Assembly (NCBI GenBank): GCA_963793105.1
Contig: CAWBZB010000006.1
Span: 146,727 to 210,726, forward strand
Direction: 5' to 3'
DNA: 64,000 bases
From: an uncultured bacterium
GTDB taxonomy: Bacteria; Actinomycetota; Actinomycetes; S36-B12
The notes beneath the pieces were generated by a model. That model was not told the origin of the DNA. It ran no database searches and was given only the letters and a program-made list of their open reading frames with translations. This document shows, piece by piece, positions 46,055 to 54,267 of this stretch (positions are counted from its first letter, which is position 1; each line of letters begins with the position of its first letter). The translations under genes and the position numbers were made by a program.

Positions 46055-47434
46055 CTACTGCGCTGCGGCCCGCCGCACCGCGTCGATGCTCATCCGCACA
46101 TCGTCCTCATCGGTCCTCCAGTTGCTCACGGACACGCGCATGACGTCGCGGCCCTGCCATCGCGACCCCGACATCCAGGTCGTGCCGTCGGCCAGCAGCC
46201 GGCGGGTGACCTCGCGCGTCCGCTCGTCCGACTCGAACGCCACGGACACCTGGGAGTAGACCACCCGGTTCAGGATCTCGGCCCCGGGGATCTCGGCGAT
46301 CCCCGCGGCCAGCGACTGCGCGTGCGTGACGTACCGGTCGATGAGGTCAGCCACCCCCTGCCGCCCCATCGACTTGAGCGCCGCCCAGACGGGCACGCCA
46401 CGGGCGCGTCGCGAGAACTCGGGCACCGTCTCGTAGGGGTCGGCGTGGTCGTCGGCACGGAGCATGTAGGCCGCCTGCACGCCGAGGGCGCGGCGCAGGG
46501 CCAGCGGATCGCGGACGATGGCCACCCCGCAGTCGTACGGCGTGTTGAGGGACTTGTGCGCGTCCGTGGCCCAGGAGTCCGCACGATCGAGCCCCGCGAC
46601 GAGGTGGCGTTGACGGGGGGATGCGGCCGCCCAGAGCCCGAAGGCGCCGTCGACATGCACCCAGCCGCCCTTCTCGTGGACGAGGTCCGCGCAGACGCCG
46701 ATGTCGTCGAAGGCGCCTGAGTGGAGGTTGCCCGCCTGCAACGCCACGAGCAGCGGCCCGTCCACACCGTCGAGCACCTCGGCGAGTGCATCGACCCGGA
46801 TGCGGCCCTGGTCATCGACGTCGACGAGGGTCGGCCGACCGAGCCCGAGGTAGCGCAGCGCGAGGTCGATGGTGGCGTGCCGGTCCGCGCCCGCGAGCAC
46901 CGTGACGCGCGGGGCTCCCGTCAGCCCCTCGCCATCGAGGTCCCAGCCGGCCGTGCTCAGCACGCTCTGCCGGCCGGCCGCCAACCCGGTGAAGTTCGCC
47001 ATGGTGCCGCCGGTGACGAACGCGACCTGCGCGGCCTCCGGCAGTCCGAGCACGTCCAGCAGCCAGCCCGCAGCGGCCTGCTCCGCCCCGACGACGCCGG
47101 GCGTCGCCAAGCGCAGCGGGGCGTTCTGGTCCCACGCGCTCACCAGCCAGTCCGCGCCCAGGGCCGCCGGCAGGGTGCCGCCGACCACCCATCCGAAGAA
47201 CCGGCCCGAACCCATGGACATGAGGGCCGGCTCGACGACACGGGCCAGGAGGTCGACCACGTCCGCCGGGTCGGCTGCGCCATCGGGGAGGGGGCCGCCA
47301 AGGGCCGCCGCCACGGAATCCGCGTCCCCGTCCGGCGGGATGGGCCGGTCGGGCACGCCATCAAGCCACTCCCGAGCGTGCATGACCGCCCGCGCGAGGA
47401 CCGCGTCATAGGTGCCGGGGTCGCCGCGCATCAC
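46055..47434 (-). CDS. PLP-dependent (group II) amino-acid decarboxylase family protein
   Basis: WATDAHKSLNTPYDCG contains the PLP-lysine motif. 459 aa. Confidence 0.8.
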   Translation of the reverse strand: MMRGDPGTYDAVLARAVMHAREWLDGVPDRPIPPDGDADSVAAALGGPLPDGAADPADVVDLLARVVEPALMSMGSGRFFGWVVGGTLPAALGADWLVSAWDQNAPLRLATPGVVGAEQAAAGWLLDVLGLPEAAQVAFVTGGTMANFTGLAAGRQSVLSTAGWDLDGEGLTGAPRVTVLAGADRHATIDLALRYLGLGRPTLVDVDDQGRIRVDALAEVLDGVDGPLLVALQAGNLHSGAFDDIGVCADLVHEKGGWVHVDGAFGLWAAASPRQRHLVAGLDRADSWATDAHKSLNTPYDCGVAIVRDPLALRRALGVQAAYMLRADDHADPYETVPEFSRRARGVPVWAALKSMGRQGVADLIDRYVTHAQSLAAGIAEIPGAEILNRVVYSQVSVAFESDERTREVTRRLLADGTTWMSGSRWQGRDVMRVSVSNWRTDEDDVRMSIDAVRRAAAQ

Positions 47435-47479
47435 GCAAGTATGGCCCGCTGGTCGGTCATCCGGTCAGCCTTTGACACC

Positions 47480-47720
47480 GCCCCGGCAGGCGTGGTCGGA
47501 TGCGACCACACAACTGAATCCACTCGTTCGACGTCCAGGGGAAGTCCGGTGCGATCCCGGCGCTGTCCCGCAACCGTGTTCCCCCGCGTGGGGGTGAGTC
47601 GGAGCACCTGGCGAACGCGAGCGGCTCCATCCGTCGAGGTAGCGGGACGGGAGCTCGGGTCTCCACCCGACCGTCCCCGCGTGCGTGCAGCACCGGGGAT
47701 TCGTGGTCACTGGGGATGCG
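47480..47720 (+). promoter_or_regulatory. cobalamin (AdoCbl) riboswitch with expression platform
   Basis: Core AGGGGAAGUCCGGUGCGAUCCCGGCGCUGUCCCGCAACCGUG (47538-47578) and B12-box-like GAGUCGGAGCACCUGGCG (47596-47613). A downstream GC-rich hairpin GCGGGACGG...CCGUCCCCGC and a CCUCC anti-SD-like tract precede GAGGAA-ATG. Confidence 0.8.
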
Positions 47721-47757
47721 GCGCCTCCGATCCGGCACCGCTCAACCCGAGGAACAC

Positions 47758-48834
47758 ATGACCCCCCTCATCGGCCTTCGCCGTCTCCTGGTGGCTGCAG
47801 TCGCCGCCACCACTGTCCTCGCCACGATCGGCCTGGCCCCCACGGCCACGGCCGCCCCGAGCGCCACCACCGGCCTGTACGGCGCCGGCGACCCGACCTA
47901 CGACGGCGTCTACCGCCAGTCGCTGGCGATCGCCGGGCTCGTGGCGACCGGCAACCGACCGGCGGGCGCTGCCATCACCTGGCTGCTCGACCAGCAGTGC
48001 GCCAACGGTTCGTTCCAGGCCTACCGGGCCGACCTGTCCGTCCCCTGCGCGGCCAGCGACCCCGTCAACTTCACCGGGCCGGACACGAACTCGACCGCGA
48101 CTGCGCTCATCGCTCTCACCGCCCTGGACGCCGACGTCACGACGCGCAGGCCCGTCGCCAAGCGAATCGCCGCGGGCGCGAGGAGCGCTGCGGCGTGGCT
48201 GCTGCGCAGCCAGAACGCCGACGGCGGGTGGCCGTGGTCCCCCACGGGCGCGTCGGACGCCAACTCGACCGGACTCGTCCTGGCCGCGGTTGTCAGCCGC
48301 TCCGGGGACCGCACGACCCCCGCGTACGCCAAGGCGCGCGGGTTCCTCGGTCGCCTCGCCGCCTCGTGCGCCCGCGGCGCAGGCCTGCCCTACCAGGCCG
48401 GCGGGAAGATCGACGGGTCGGCGACCGCTCAGGGACTCGTCGGACTCGCCGGACCGGTCCCGGTCGACGGACCCCGACGCCTGGCCGCCAAGGCTCCATG
48501 CGCCGACGGCGCCCAGGCCAAGGCGTCGAGCTACCTGGCCTCGCAGCTCCGGGCGCAGGGCTTCCTGACCTCGGCATTCGGCACCGGCGCGGACTACACG
48601 AGCACCGGCTGGGCCGTCCTCGGCCTGGTGTCCGCCCGTCAGGGACGCACCGCGGTCACGAAGGCCACTGCGGCCCTCAAGGCTGCCGCACCCGCCGAGA
48701 CCCGAAACGATGACGGTCCCGTCCCCGGGGACCTCGGCCTGCTCCTGCTCGTCGCCGAGGCCACCGGCTCGAAGCCGACCGCCTTCGGCGGCGTCAACCT
48801 CGTGACCACGCTCGCCACCAGCATCCGCAGGTAG
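47758..48834 (+). CDS. secreted prenyltransferase/squalene-oxidase-repeat (alpha/alpha-barrel) protein
   Basis: Signal peptide MTPLIGLRRLLVAAVAATTVLATIGLAPTATA. QW-like repeats WLLDQQCANGSF and WLLRSQNADGGWPW. First gene after the B12 riboswitch. Confidence 0.75.
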   Translation: MTPLIGLRRLLVAAVAATTVLATIGLAPTATAAPSATTGLYGAGDPTYDGVYRQSLAIAGLVATGNRPAGAAITWLLDQQCANGSFQAYRADLSVPCAASDPVNFTGPDTNSTATALIALTALDADVTTRRPVAKRIAAGARSAAAWLLRSQNADGGWPWSPTGASDANSTGLVLAAVVSRSGDRTTPAYAKARGFLGRLAASCARGAGLPYQAGGKIDGSATAQGLVGLAGPVPVDGPRRLAAKAPCADGAQAKASSYLASQLRAQGFLTSAFGTGADYTSTGWAVLGLVSARQGRTAVTKATAALKAAAPAETRNDDGPVPGDLGLLLLVAEATGSKPTAFGGVNLVTTLATSIRR

Positions 48835-48838
48835 CGCC

Positions 48839-49573
48839 ATGGCTCACCGCCCGATCGCCATGCTCGTCGCCGCCGCGGCGGCCAGCGGGCTGGCGATCGG
48901 CGCGCTGACGTTCGCGGCGGCGGTGCCCGCCCACGCCTCGGCCTACCGGTACTGGACCTACTGGCAGGCCGAGGGCGACTCCTGGGCGTTCGCGACCCAG
49001 GGTCCGGCGACGTCGCTCCCGGTCGACGGAGCCGTCGAGGGCTGGCGGTTCGCGGTGACCACGCAGTCCGGCGCCGCAACCGACGCCCCGCGCGTCCTGC
49101 CCGACTTCGACGAGACCTGCGGGACCACACCTCCGGAGGCGGGGAGCAAGCGCATCGCCCTCGTCATCGACTTCGGGCCAGCAGCGATCGCCCCCGCGAA
49201 CCAGGTCCCACCCGCGACGAAGATCTCGTGCGTCATCGCACCGGAGAACGCGTCGAGCCTGGACGTGCTGCAGTCCACGACCACCATCCGGGCGGAGAGC
49301 GGGCTGATCTGCGCGCTGGATGCCTATCCGCAGGGGGAATGCGCCCCCGTACTGGGCGATGACGAGGTCGCCGCGCTCCAGGCGGCCGCCTCGGCCAACG
49401 ACGAGCCGGCCGAGGACGACGCCGTTGAGGCGGCGGGACCCGCACTCGCCCCGGAACCCACCGACGCCGGATCCCCGACCGCCACCATCGTCGTGGCCGC
49501 CCTGCTCCTCGGCGCCGCGGCCCTCAGCGTGGCACTGGGACGGCGACGGGGCCGACGGGACAGCCATGGGTGA
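48839..49573 (+). CDS. secreted, C-terminally anchored protein (SCO2322-like; possible DUF4430/transcobalamin-C-like domain)
   Basis: Signal peptide ...AVPAHASA. YWTYWQAEGDSWAFATQGPATSLPVDGAVEGWRF. Acidic linker, C-terminal TM helix plus RRRGRRD tail. Lies 4 nt after the previous gene. Confidence 0.6.
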   Translation: MAHRPIAMLVAAAAASGLAIGALTFAAAVPAHASAYRYWTYWQAEGDSWAFATQGPATSLPVDGAVEGWRFAVTTQSGAATDAPRVLPDFDETCGTTPPEAGSKRIALVIDFGPAAIAPANQVPPATKISCVIAPENASSLDVLQSTTTIRAESGLICALDAYPQGECAPVLGDDEVAALQAAASANDEPAEDDAVEAAGPALAPEPTDAGSPTATIVVAALLLGAAALSVALGRRRGRRDSHG

Positions 49574-50681
49574 CGCGCGCTGGCTCCACCCGGGCGCCTG
49601 GTGGCTGTGGGCGCTCGGGCTGGCCGCGGGCGCCAGCCGGACCACCAATCCGCTCGTCCTCCTGCTCCTGATCGCCGCCGCCGCGGTCGTGGTCGACGCT
49701 CGTCGCCCCGACGCCCCATGGGGGCGTTCGTTCGCCATGTTCGTCAAGCTCGGCGTTCTCGTCGTCATCATCAGGGTCCTGGTCCAGATCGTGCTCGGCA
49801 CGCCGCTCGGGCCGACCGTCCTGGTGAGCCTGCCGGGAGTGACGCTTCCGGACTGGCTGGCCGGGCTGCGCATCGGCGGCGACGTCACGGCCGAGTCCCT
49901 GCTCCCTGCCCTGTACGACGGACTCCGCCTGGCCACGATCCTCATCTGCGTCGGAGCGGCCAACTCGCTGGCGTCCCCCACGCGCCTGCTGAAGTCGGTG
50001 CCCGCGGTGCTGTACGAGCTGGGCGTGAGCGTGGTCGTCGCCCTCACCTTCACCCCGCAGCTCGTCGGCGACGTCGCGCGGCTGCGCTCTGCGCGCCGTC
50101 TGCGCGGCCGCCCGACGAGCGGACCGCGGGCGATCGCCGGTGCCGCCGTCCCCGTGCTCGAGGGCGCCCTGGAGCGCAGCGTCACCCTGGCCGCCGCGAT
50201 GGACTCCCGGGGGTACGGCCGTCGTGGCTCGACGACCCGAACCCAGGCGCGGACGAGCGCCGCCCTGCTGCTGGCCGGGCTCGTGGCCGCCGCGGTGGGC
50301 AGCTACGGACTCGTGGCAGCGGACGCGCCCGCGCTCCTGGGGTTGCCGATGCTCATCCTCGGGGTGGCGGCCGCGGTGTCCGGCACGGTGCTGGCCGGTC
50401 GGAACAGCGCCCGCACGCGATACCGGCCCGATCCATGGGCGCTCCCCGAGTGGGCGGTGGCCGGCGCCGGAGTGAGCGTCGCGCTGCTGCTCGCCGCCGC
50501 GACGTGGTCGGGTGTCACCGGGCTGCAGACTCCCGTGTCGCCGCCCGCGTGGCCGACGCTCCCGCTGGTCGGCGTCCTCGCCGCGCTGCTCGCCGTCACG
50601 CCGACGTTCACCGCTCCACCCCTCCCGGTAGGCGCCGCGCCGCTCCACCGGTCCCGCCGACTCGCGGAGGCCGCCGCATGA
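49566..50681 (+). CDS. ecfT: ECF transporter transmembrane (T) component (EcfT/CbiQ family)
   Basis: Polytopic 371-aa protein with the Arg-rich coupling region ARLRSARRLRG. Overlaps the upstream gene by 8 nt and the ATPase gene by ATGA. Confidence 0.75.
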   Translation: MGDARWLHPGAWWLWALGLAAGASRTTNPLVLLLLIAAAAVVVDARRPDAPWGRSFAMFVKLGVLVVIIRVLVQIVLGTPLGPTVLVSLPGVTLPDWLAGLRIGGDVTAESLLPALYDGLRLATILICVGAANSLASPTRLLKSVPAVLYELGVSVVVALTFTPQLVGDVARLRSARRLRGRPTSGPRAIAGAAVPVLEGALERSVTLAAAMDSRGYGRRGSTTRTQARTSAALLLAGLVAAAVGSYGLVAADAPALLGLPMLILGVAAAVSGTVLAGRNSARTRYRPDPWALPEWAVAGAGVSVALLLAAATWSGVTGLQTPVSPPAWPTLPLVGVLAALLAVTPTFTAPPLPVGAAPLHRSRRLAEAAA

Positions 50682-52297
50682 TCGTCTTCGACCACGTCAC
50701 CATCACCTACCCGGGTCATGCCGCCCCGGTCCTCGCCGACGTGTCGCTGCGGATCCCCGAGGGTGAGCTGGTCCTCGTCGTAGGTCGTACCGGCACCGGC
50801 AAGACCACTCTGCTGCGTGCCATCAACGGGCTGGTCCCGCACTTCACGGGAGGGACGCTGTCCGGGCGAGTGATCGTCGACGGTCGCGACACCGCCCATC
50901 ACCCGCCGCGCGAGTTGGCAGACGTCGTCGGGGTCGTCCCGCAGGATCCGATGAGCGGCTTCGTCACGGACACTGTCGAGGACGAGCTGGCGTACGGGAT
51001 GGAGTGCCTGGGCCTGGCACCCGACGTGATGCGCCGCCGAGTCGAGGAGACCCTCGACCTGCTGGGCCTGAACGAGCTGCGGTCGCGGGCGCTGTCCACG
51101 CTCTCCGGCGGCCAGCGCCAGCGGGTCGCGATCGGCGCCGTCCTCACGTCGCACCCGCGGGTCCTGGTACTCGACGAGCCGACATCCGCCCTCGATCCCG
51201 GGGCGGCCGAGGAGGTCCTGTCGGCGCTCCAGCGCCTCGTCCACGACCTCGGGGTCACCGTGGTCATGGCGGAGCATCGACTTGAGCGCGTGGTCCAGTA
51301 CGCCGACCAGGTGATCGTGGTGCCGGGGGCGGGGCAGCCGCTGGTGTCCGGCCTGCCGGTCGACATCATGCGCAGCGCGCCGATCGCGCCACCCGTGGTC
51401 GAGCTCGGCAGGCTCGCCGGCTGGCAGCCGCTGCCCCTGTCGGTACGAGACGCCCGACGCGCCGCCGGCCCCCTGCGGGACCTGCTCGTCGGTCAGGTCC
51501 CGCACCTGAGGGCCGTGCCGACCGACCGCCAGCCGCTCGTCGAGACCGCCGGCGTATCGGTCCGCTACGGCTCCCAGGTGGCGCTGAGGCGACTGGACCT
51601 GAAGGTCGGCGTCGGTGAGATCGTCGCGCTGATGGGCCGCAACGGCGCAGGCAAGTCCACGCTGCTCAACGCGATGGTCGGGATCGGCCCGGACGTGGAC
51701 GGCGCCATCCGCGTCGGCGGTCGGGACCCCGGAACGCTGAACGGTCCGGAGCTGCTCCGGCAGGTCGGACTGGTGCCCCAGGACCCCGGCGACCTGCTCG
51801 AGGCCACGTCCGTCGCCGAGGAGTGCCGCGCCGCCGACCGCGACGCCGCCTGCGACGCCGGGACGACACGGGCGCTGGTGGCCCTGATGGCGCCCGAGGT
51901 CGAGGACGGCACCCACCCGCGTGACCTGTCGGAGGGCCAGCGCCTGCTCCTGGCACTCTGCGTGGTGCTGGCCGCTCGCCCGCCCCTTCTCCTGCTGGAC
52001 GAGCCCACCCGTGGGCTGGACTACCCCACCAAGGCCCGACTGGCCAGGATCCTCGTCGACCTCGCGGGGGCAGGGCACGCGGTGGTGCTGGCCACGCACG
52101 ACGTCGAGCTGGTGGCTGACGTGGCCGACCGGGTCGTCATCCTCGCCGAGGGAGAGGTCGTCGCCGACGGGCCGACCCTGGACGTGGTCACCTCCTCTCC
52201 GATGTTCGCACCCCAGGTGGCGAAGATCCTCGCCCCCCAGACCTGGCTGACCGTGGACCAGGTGGCCGGGGCGCTGGCCGGCGAGGTAGCCGGATGA
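50678..52297 (+). CDS. ECF/ABC transporter ATPase with two fused ATP-binding cassettes
   Basis: Two Walker A sites (GRTGTGKTT, GRNGAGKST), two signatures (LSGGQRQR, LSEGQRL), two Walker B sites (VLVLDEP, LLLLDEP). Confidence 0.9.
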   Translation: MIVFDHVTITYPGHAAPVLADVSLRIPEGELVLVVGRTGTGKTTLLRAINGLVPHFTGGTLSGRVIVDGRDTAHHPPRELADVVGVVPQDPMSGFVTDTVEDELAYGMECLGLAPDVMRRRVEETLDLLGLNELRSRALSTLSGGQRQRVAIGAVLTSHPRVLVLDEPTSALDPGAAEEVLSALQRLVHDLGVTVVMAEHRLERVVQYADQVIVVPGAGQPLVSGLPVDIMRSAPIAPPVVELGRLAGWQPLPLSVRDARRAAGPLRDLLVGQVPHLRAVPTDRQPLVETAGVSVRYGSQVALRRLDLKVGVGEIVALMGRNGAGKSTLLNAMVGIGPDVDGAIRVGGRDPGTLNGPELLRQVGLVPQDPGDLLEATSVAEECRAADRDAACDAGTTRALVALMAPEVEDGTHPRDLSEGQRLLLALCVVLAARPPLLLLDEPTRGLDYPTKARLARILVDLAGAGHAVVLATHDVELVADVADRVVILAEGEVVADGPTLDVVTSSPMFAPQVAKILAPQTWLTVDQVAGALAGEVAG

Positions 52298-53196
52298 CGG
52301 CCCGGGCAGTGCGGCTCGGCCCGACCTCGAGACTCGCGATCGGGCTGGTGACCTTCGTGGGCGTCATCGCCTTCGCCTGGCCGCTGCTCGCCGATCCCGC
52401 CTCGTCAGCCGTCGCGCATGCCGGCGACGCCCCGATCCTGTTCGCGATCGTCACTCCGCTGCTCCTGCTGGTGGTGCTCGCGCAGGTCAGCGACGGCGGT
52501 ATGGACGCCAAGTCGATCGCGATGCTCGGCGTGCTCTCTGCGGTCATCTGCGCGCTGCGTCCGCTGGGCGGCGGCGCGGTCGGGGTCGAGCCCATCTGGG
52601 CGGTGCTCATCCTCGGCGGTCGGGCGCTGGGACCCGGCTTCGGCTTCTCGCTCGGGGCGATCTCGCTCTTCGCATCCGCACTCATCACCGGCGGAGTCGG
52701 CCCGTGGCTGCCCTTCCAGATGCTCGCCGCCGCCTGGGTCGGACTCGGCGCCGGCCTGCTTCCGCGCACCTCGGGGCGACGGGAGGTGGTGATGCTGGCC
52801 GGCTACGCGGCGGTCGCCTCGCTGGCCTACGGATTCCTGATGAACCTGTGGTTCTGGCCGTTCGCGGCGGGGCTGCCGGAGTCGCTCGCCTTCGAGGCAG
52901 GGGCGCCACTGGCCGACAACCTCGCGTCCTGGCTGCGGTTCTGCCTGGTGACGTCGCTCGGCTACGACGTCCCGCGGGCGGTCATCGCCGTGGTGCTCAT
53001 CCTCATCGCCGGACGGCCGGTGCTGCTTGCCCTGCGACGGATGTCACGTCGAGCGGCCTTCGAGGCCCCGATCACCTTCACGCCGCGGGGCGGACCGTCA
53101 TACTTGGCGCCATCCGGAACGAACGGCGACCCCGGTCCGGCCGGGCACGACGCACAGGAGAGCCGTGACCGACCCACTCCCACCCTTCCTGGGTGA
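52294..53196 (+). CDS. ECF transporter substrate-specific (S) component-like membrane protein
   Basis: ATGA-coupled. Six or more hydrophobic helices, Gly/Ala-rich, with a soluble C-terminal tail of about 60 aa. Confidence 0.6.
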   Translation: MTARAVRLGPTSRLAIGLVTFVGVIAFAWPLLADPASSAVAHAGDAPILFAIVTPLLLLVVLAQVSDGGMDAKSIAMLGVLSAVICALRPLGGGAVGVEPIWAVLILGGRALGPGFGFSLGAISLFASALITGGVGPWLPFQMLAAAWVGLGAGLLPRTSGRREVVMLAGYAAVASLAYGFLMNLWFWPFAAGLPESLAFEAGAPLADNLASWLRFCLVTSLGYDVPRAVIAVVLILIAGRPVLLALRRMSRRAAFEAPITFTPRGGPSYLAPSGTNGDPGPAGHDAQESRDRPTPTLPG

Positions 53197-53918
53197 TGTC
53201 ATCGGGCGGATCGTCGCTCCGCCCGAGCCCCAGGAGCCCGACTCATGTCCCGCCTGACGTCACCGGCGCGCTCGCCGACCTGCTGGGCTGGTGGTACGCG
53301 CTGGCCGCCCCCGCGCAGCCCCGCCCCGCCGCCATCGCGGTCGACGTGGACGCCCTGGACGTCGACTCGGCGCTGCGAGCCGGGATCGCTGCTGCGGACC
53401 ACGCCGTCGATGCCGGCCAGTCGATCCTGGTTCCGCGCGTCACCGCCCGCGACGACGTCCTCGCGCGCACCGTCATCTCCCTCCTGAGCCGCAAGGAGGC
53501 GTCCCGGATCCTGCCCCAGCCGACCGGCATGACCGACCGCGAGTGGATGACCGAGTGCGCCGCCGTGCGGGACCGGGCGGCGTCCGTCGCCGAGCATCGC
53601 GGGGCTCCGGTCGACCTGCTCGCCGCCCTCTCCGCATCCGGGATGGCAGCGGTCGTGGGCACGCTCCTGGCCGGGGCGGCACGCCGCACCCCCTGCCTGA
53701 TCGACGGAACCGACGAACTGGCCGCCGCCCTCGTGGCCGATCGCCTGTGCTTCCGCGCGAAGGGCTGGTGGCGGTCGGCCTCGGACTCCCCCGACCCCGG
53801 ACGCACCGCGGCCATCGACCGCATGGATCTGACCGCCGGCCTGCCGCTCCTGCTCACGGACGATCGCGGCCGCGGAGCCGCCGCCACCCTCGCCCTGCTC
53901 GACCTGCTCACCGAGTAG
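53193..53918 (+). CDS. short, divergent CobT-like (nicotinate-nucleotide--DMB phosphoribosyltransferase family) protein
   Basis: LLAGAARRTPCLIDGTDELAAALVA and the terminal DDRGRGAAATLALLDLL align by eye with the CobT C-terminal half. Only 241 aa. An alternative N-terminus (GTG 53165, VTDPLPPFLGDVIGRIVAPPEP) lies in another frame. Confidence 0.5.
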   Translation: MMSSGGSSLRPSPRSPTHVPPDVTGALADLLGWWYALAAPAQPRPAAIAVDVDALDVDSALRAGIAAADHAVDAGQSILVPRVTARDDVLARTVISLLSRKEASRILPQPTGMTDREWMTECAAVRDRAASVAEHRGAPVDLLAALSASGMAAVVGTLLAGAARRTPCLIDGTDELAAALVADRLCFRAKGWWRSASDSPDPGRTAAIDRMDLTAGLPLLLTDDRGRGAAATLALLDLLTE

Positions 53919-53922
53919 CGCG

Positions 53923-54193
53923 CTACTCGCCGAACTTGCGCATCTCCTCCTGGATCCGCTGCTCCGAAGGCATCTTCTCCCGTCGGCCCGAACGCCCCCC
54001 ACGCCACGAACGCCAGGGCGATGCCCATTCCGAAGATCGCCCAGAACGGCCAGAAGTAGCCGCCCTCGGTGAACGCCCAGACAGCGATGAGGACCAGCCA
54101 CACGATGACGAAGATGCCCAGCAGCCGCCAGAAGCCGGCCTGGTCCTTGAGCCGCTTCTCCGCGGCCCGATGCAGTGCCTCGTTGTCGCTCAT
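53923..54193 (-). CDS. 2TM-domain small membrane protein; frame broken near 53985-53990
   Basis: MSDNEALHRAAEKRLKDQAGFWRLLGIFVIVWLVLIAVWAF...FWPFWAIFGMGIALAFVAWGAFG, then the natural C-terminus RREKMPSEQRIQEEMRKFGE-stop (TAG 53923-53925) is one base out of frame. The 316-aa ORF continuation is an artefact. Confidence 0.55.
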
Positions 54194-54267
54194 ACGTCAA
54201 CGGTAGGCGTCGATCGCGGTCGCATGCATGTCCTGCGCAGATGCTTCCGGGGCGAACCGCGGGTCGC

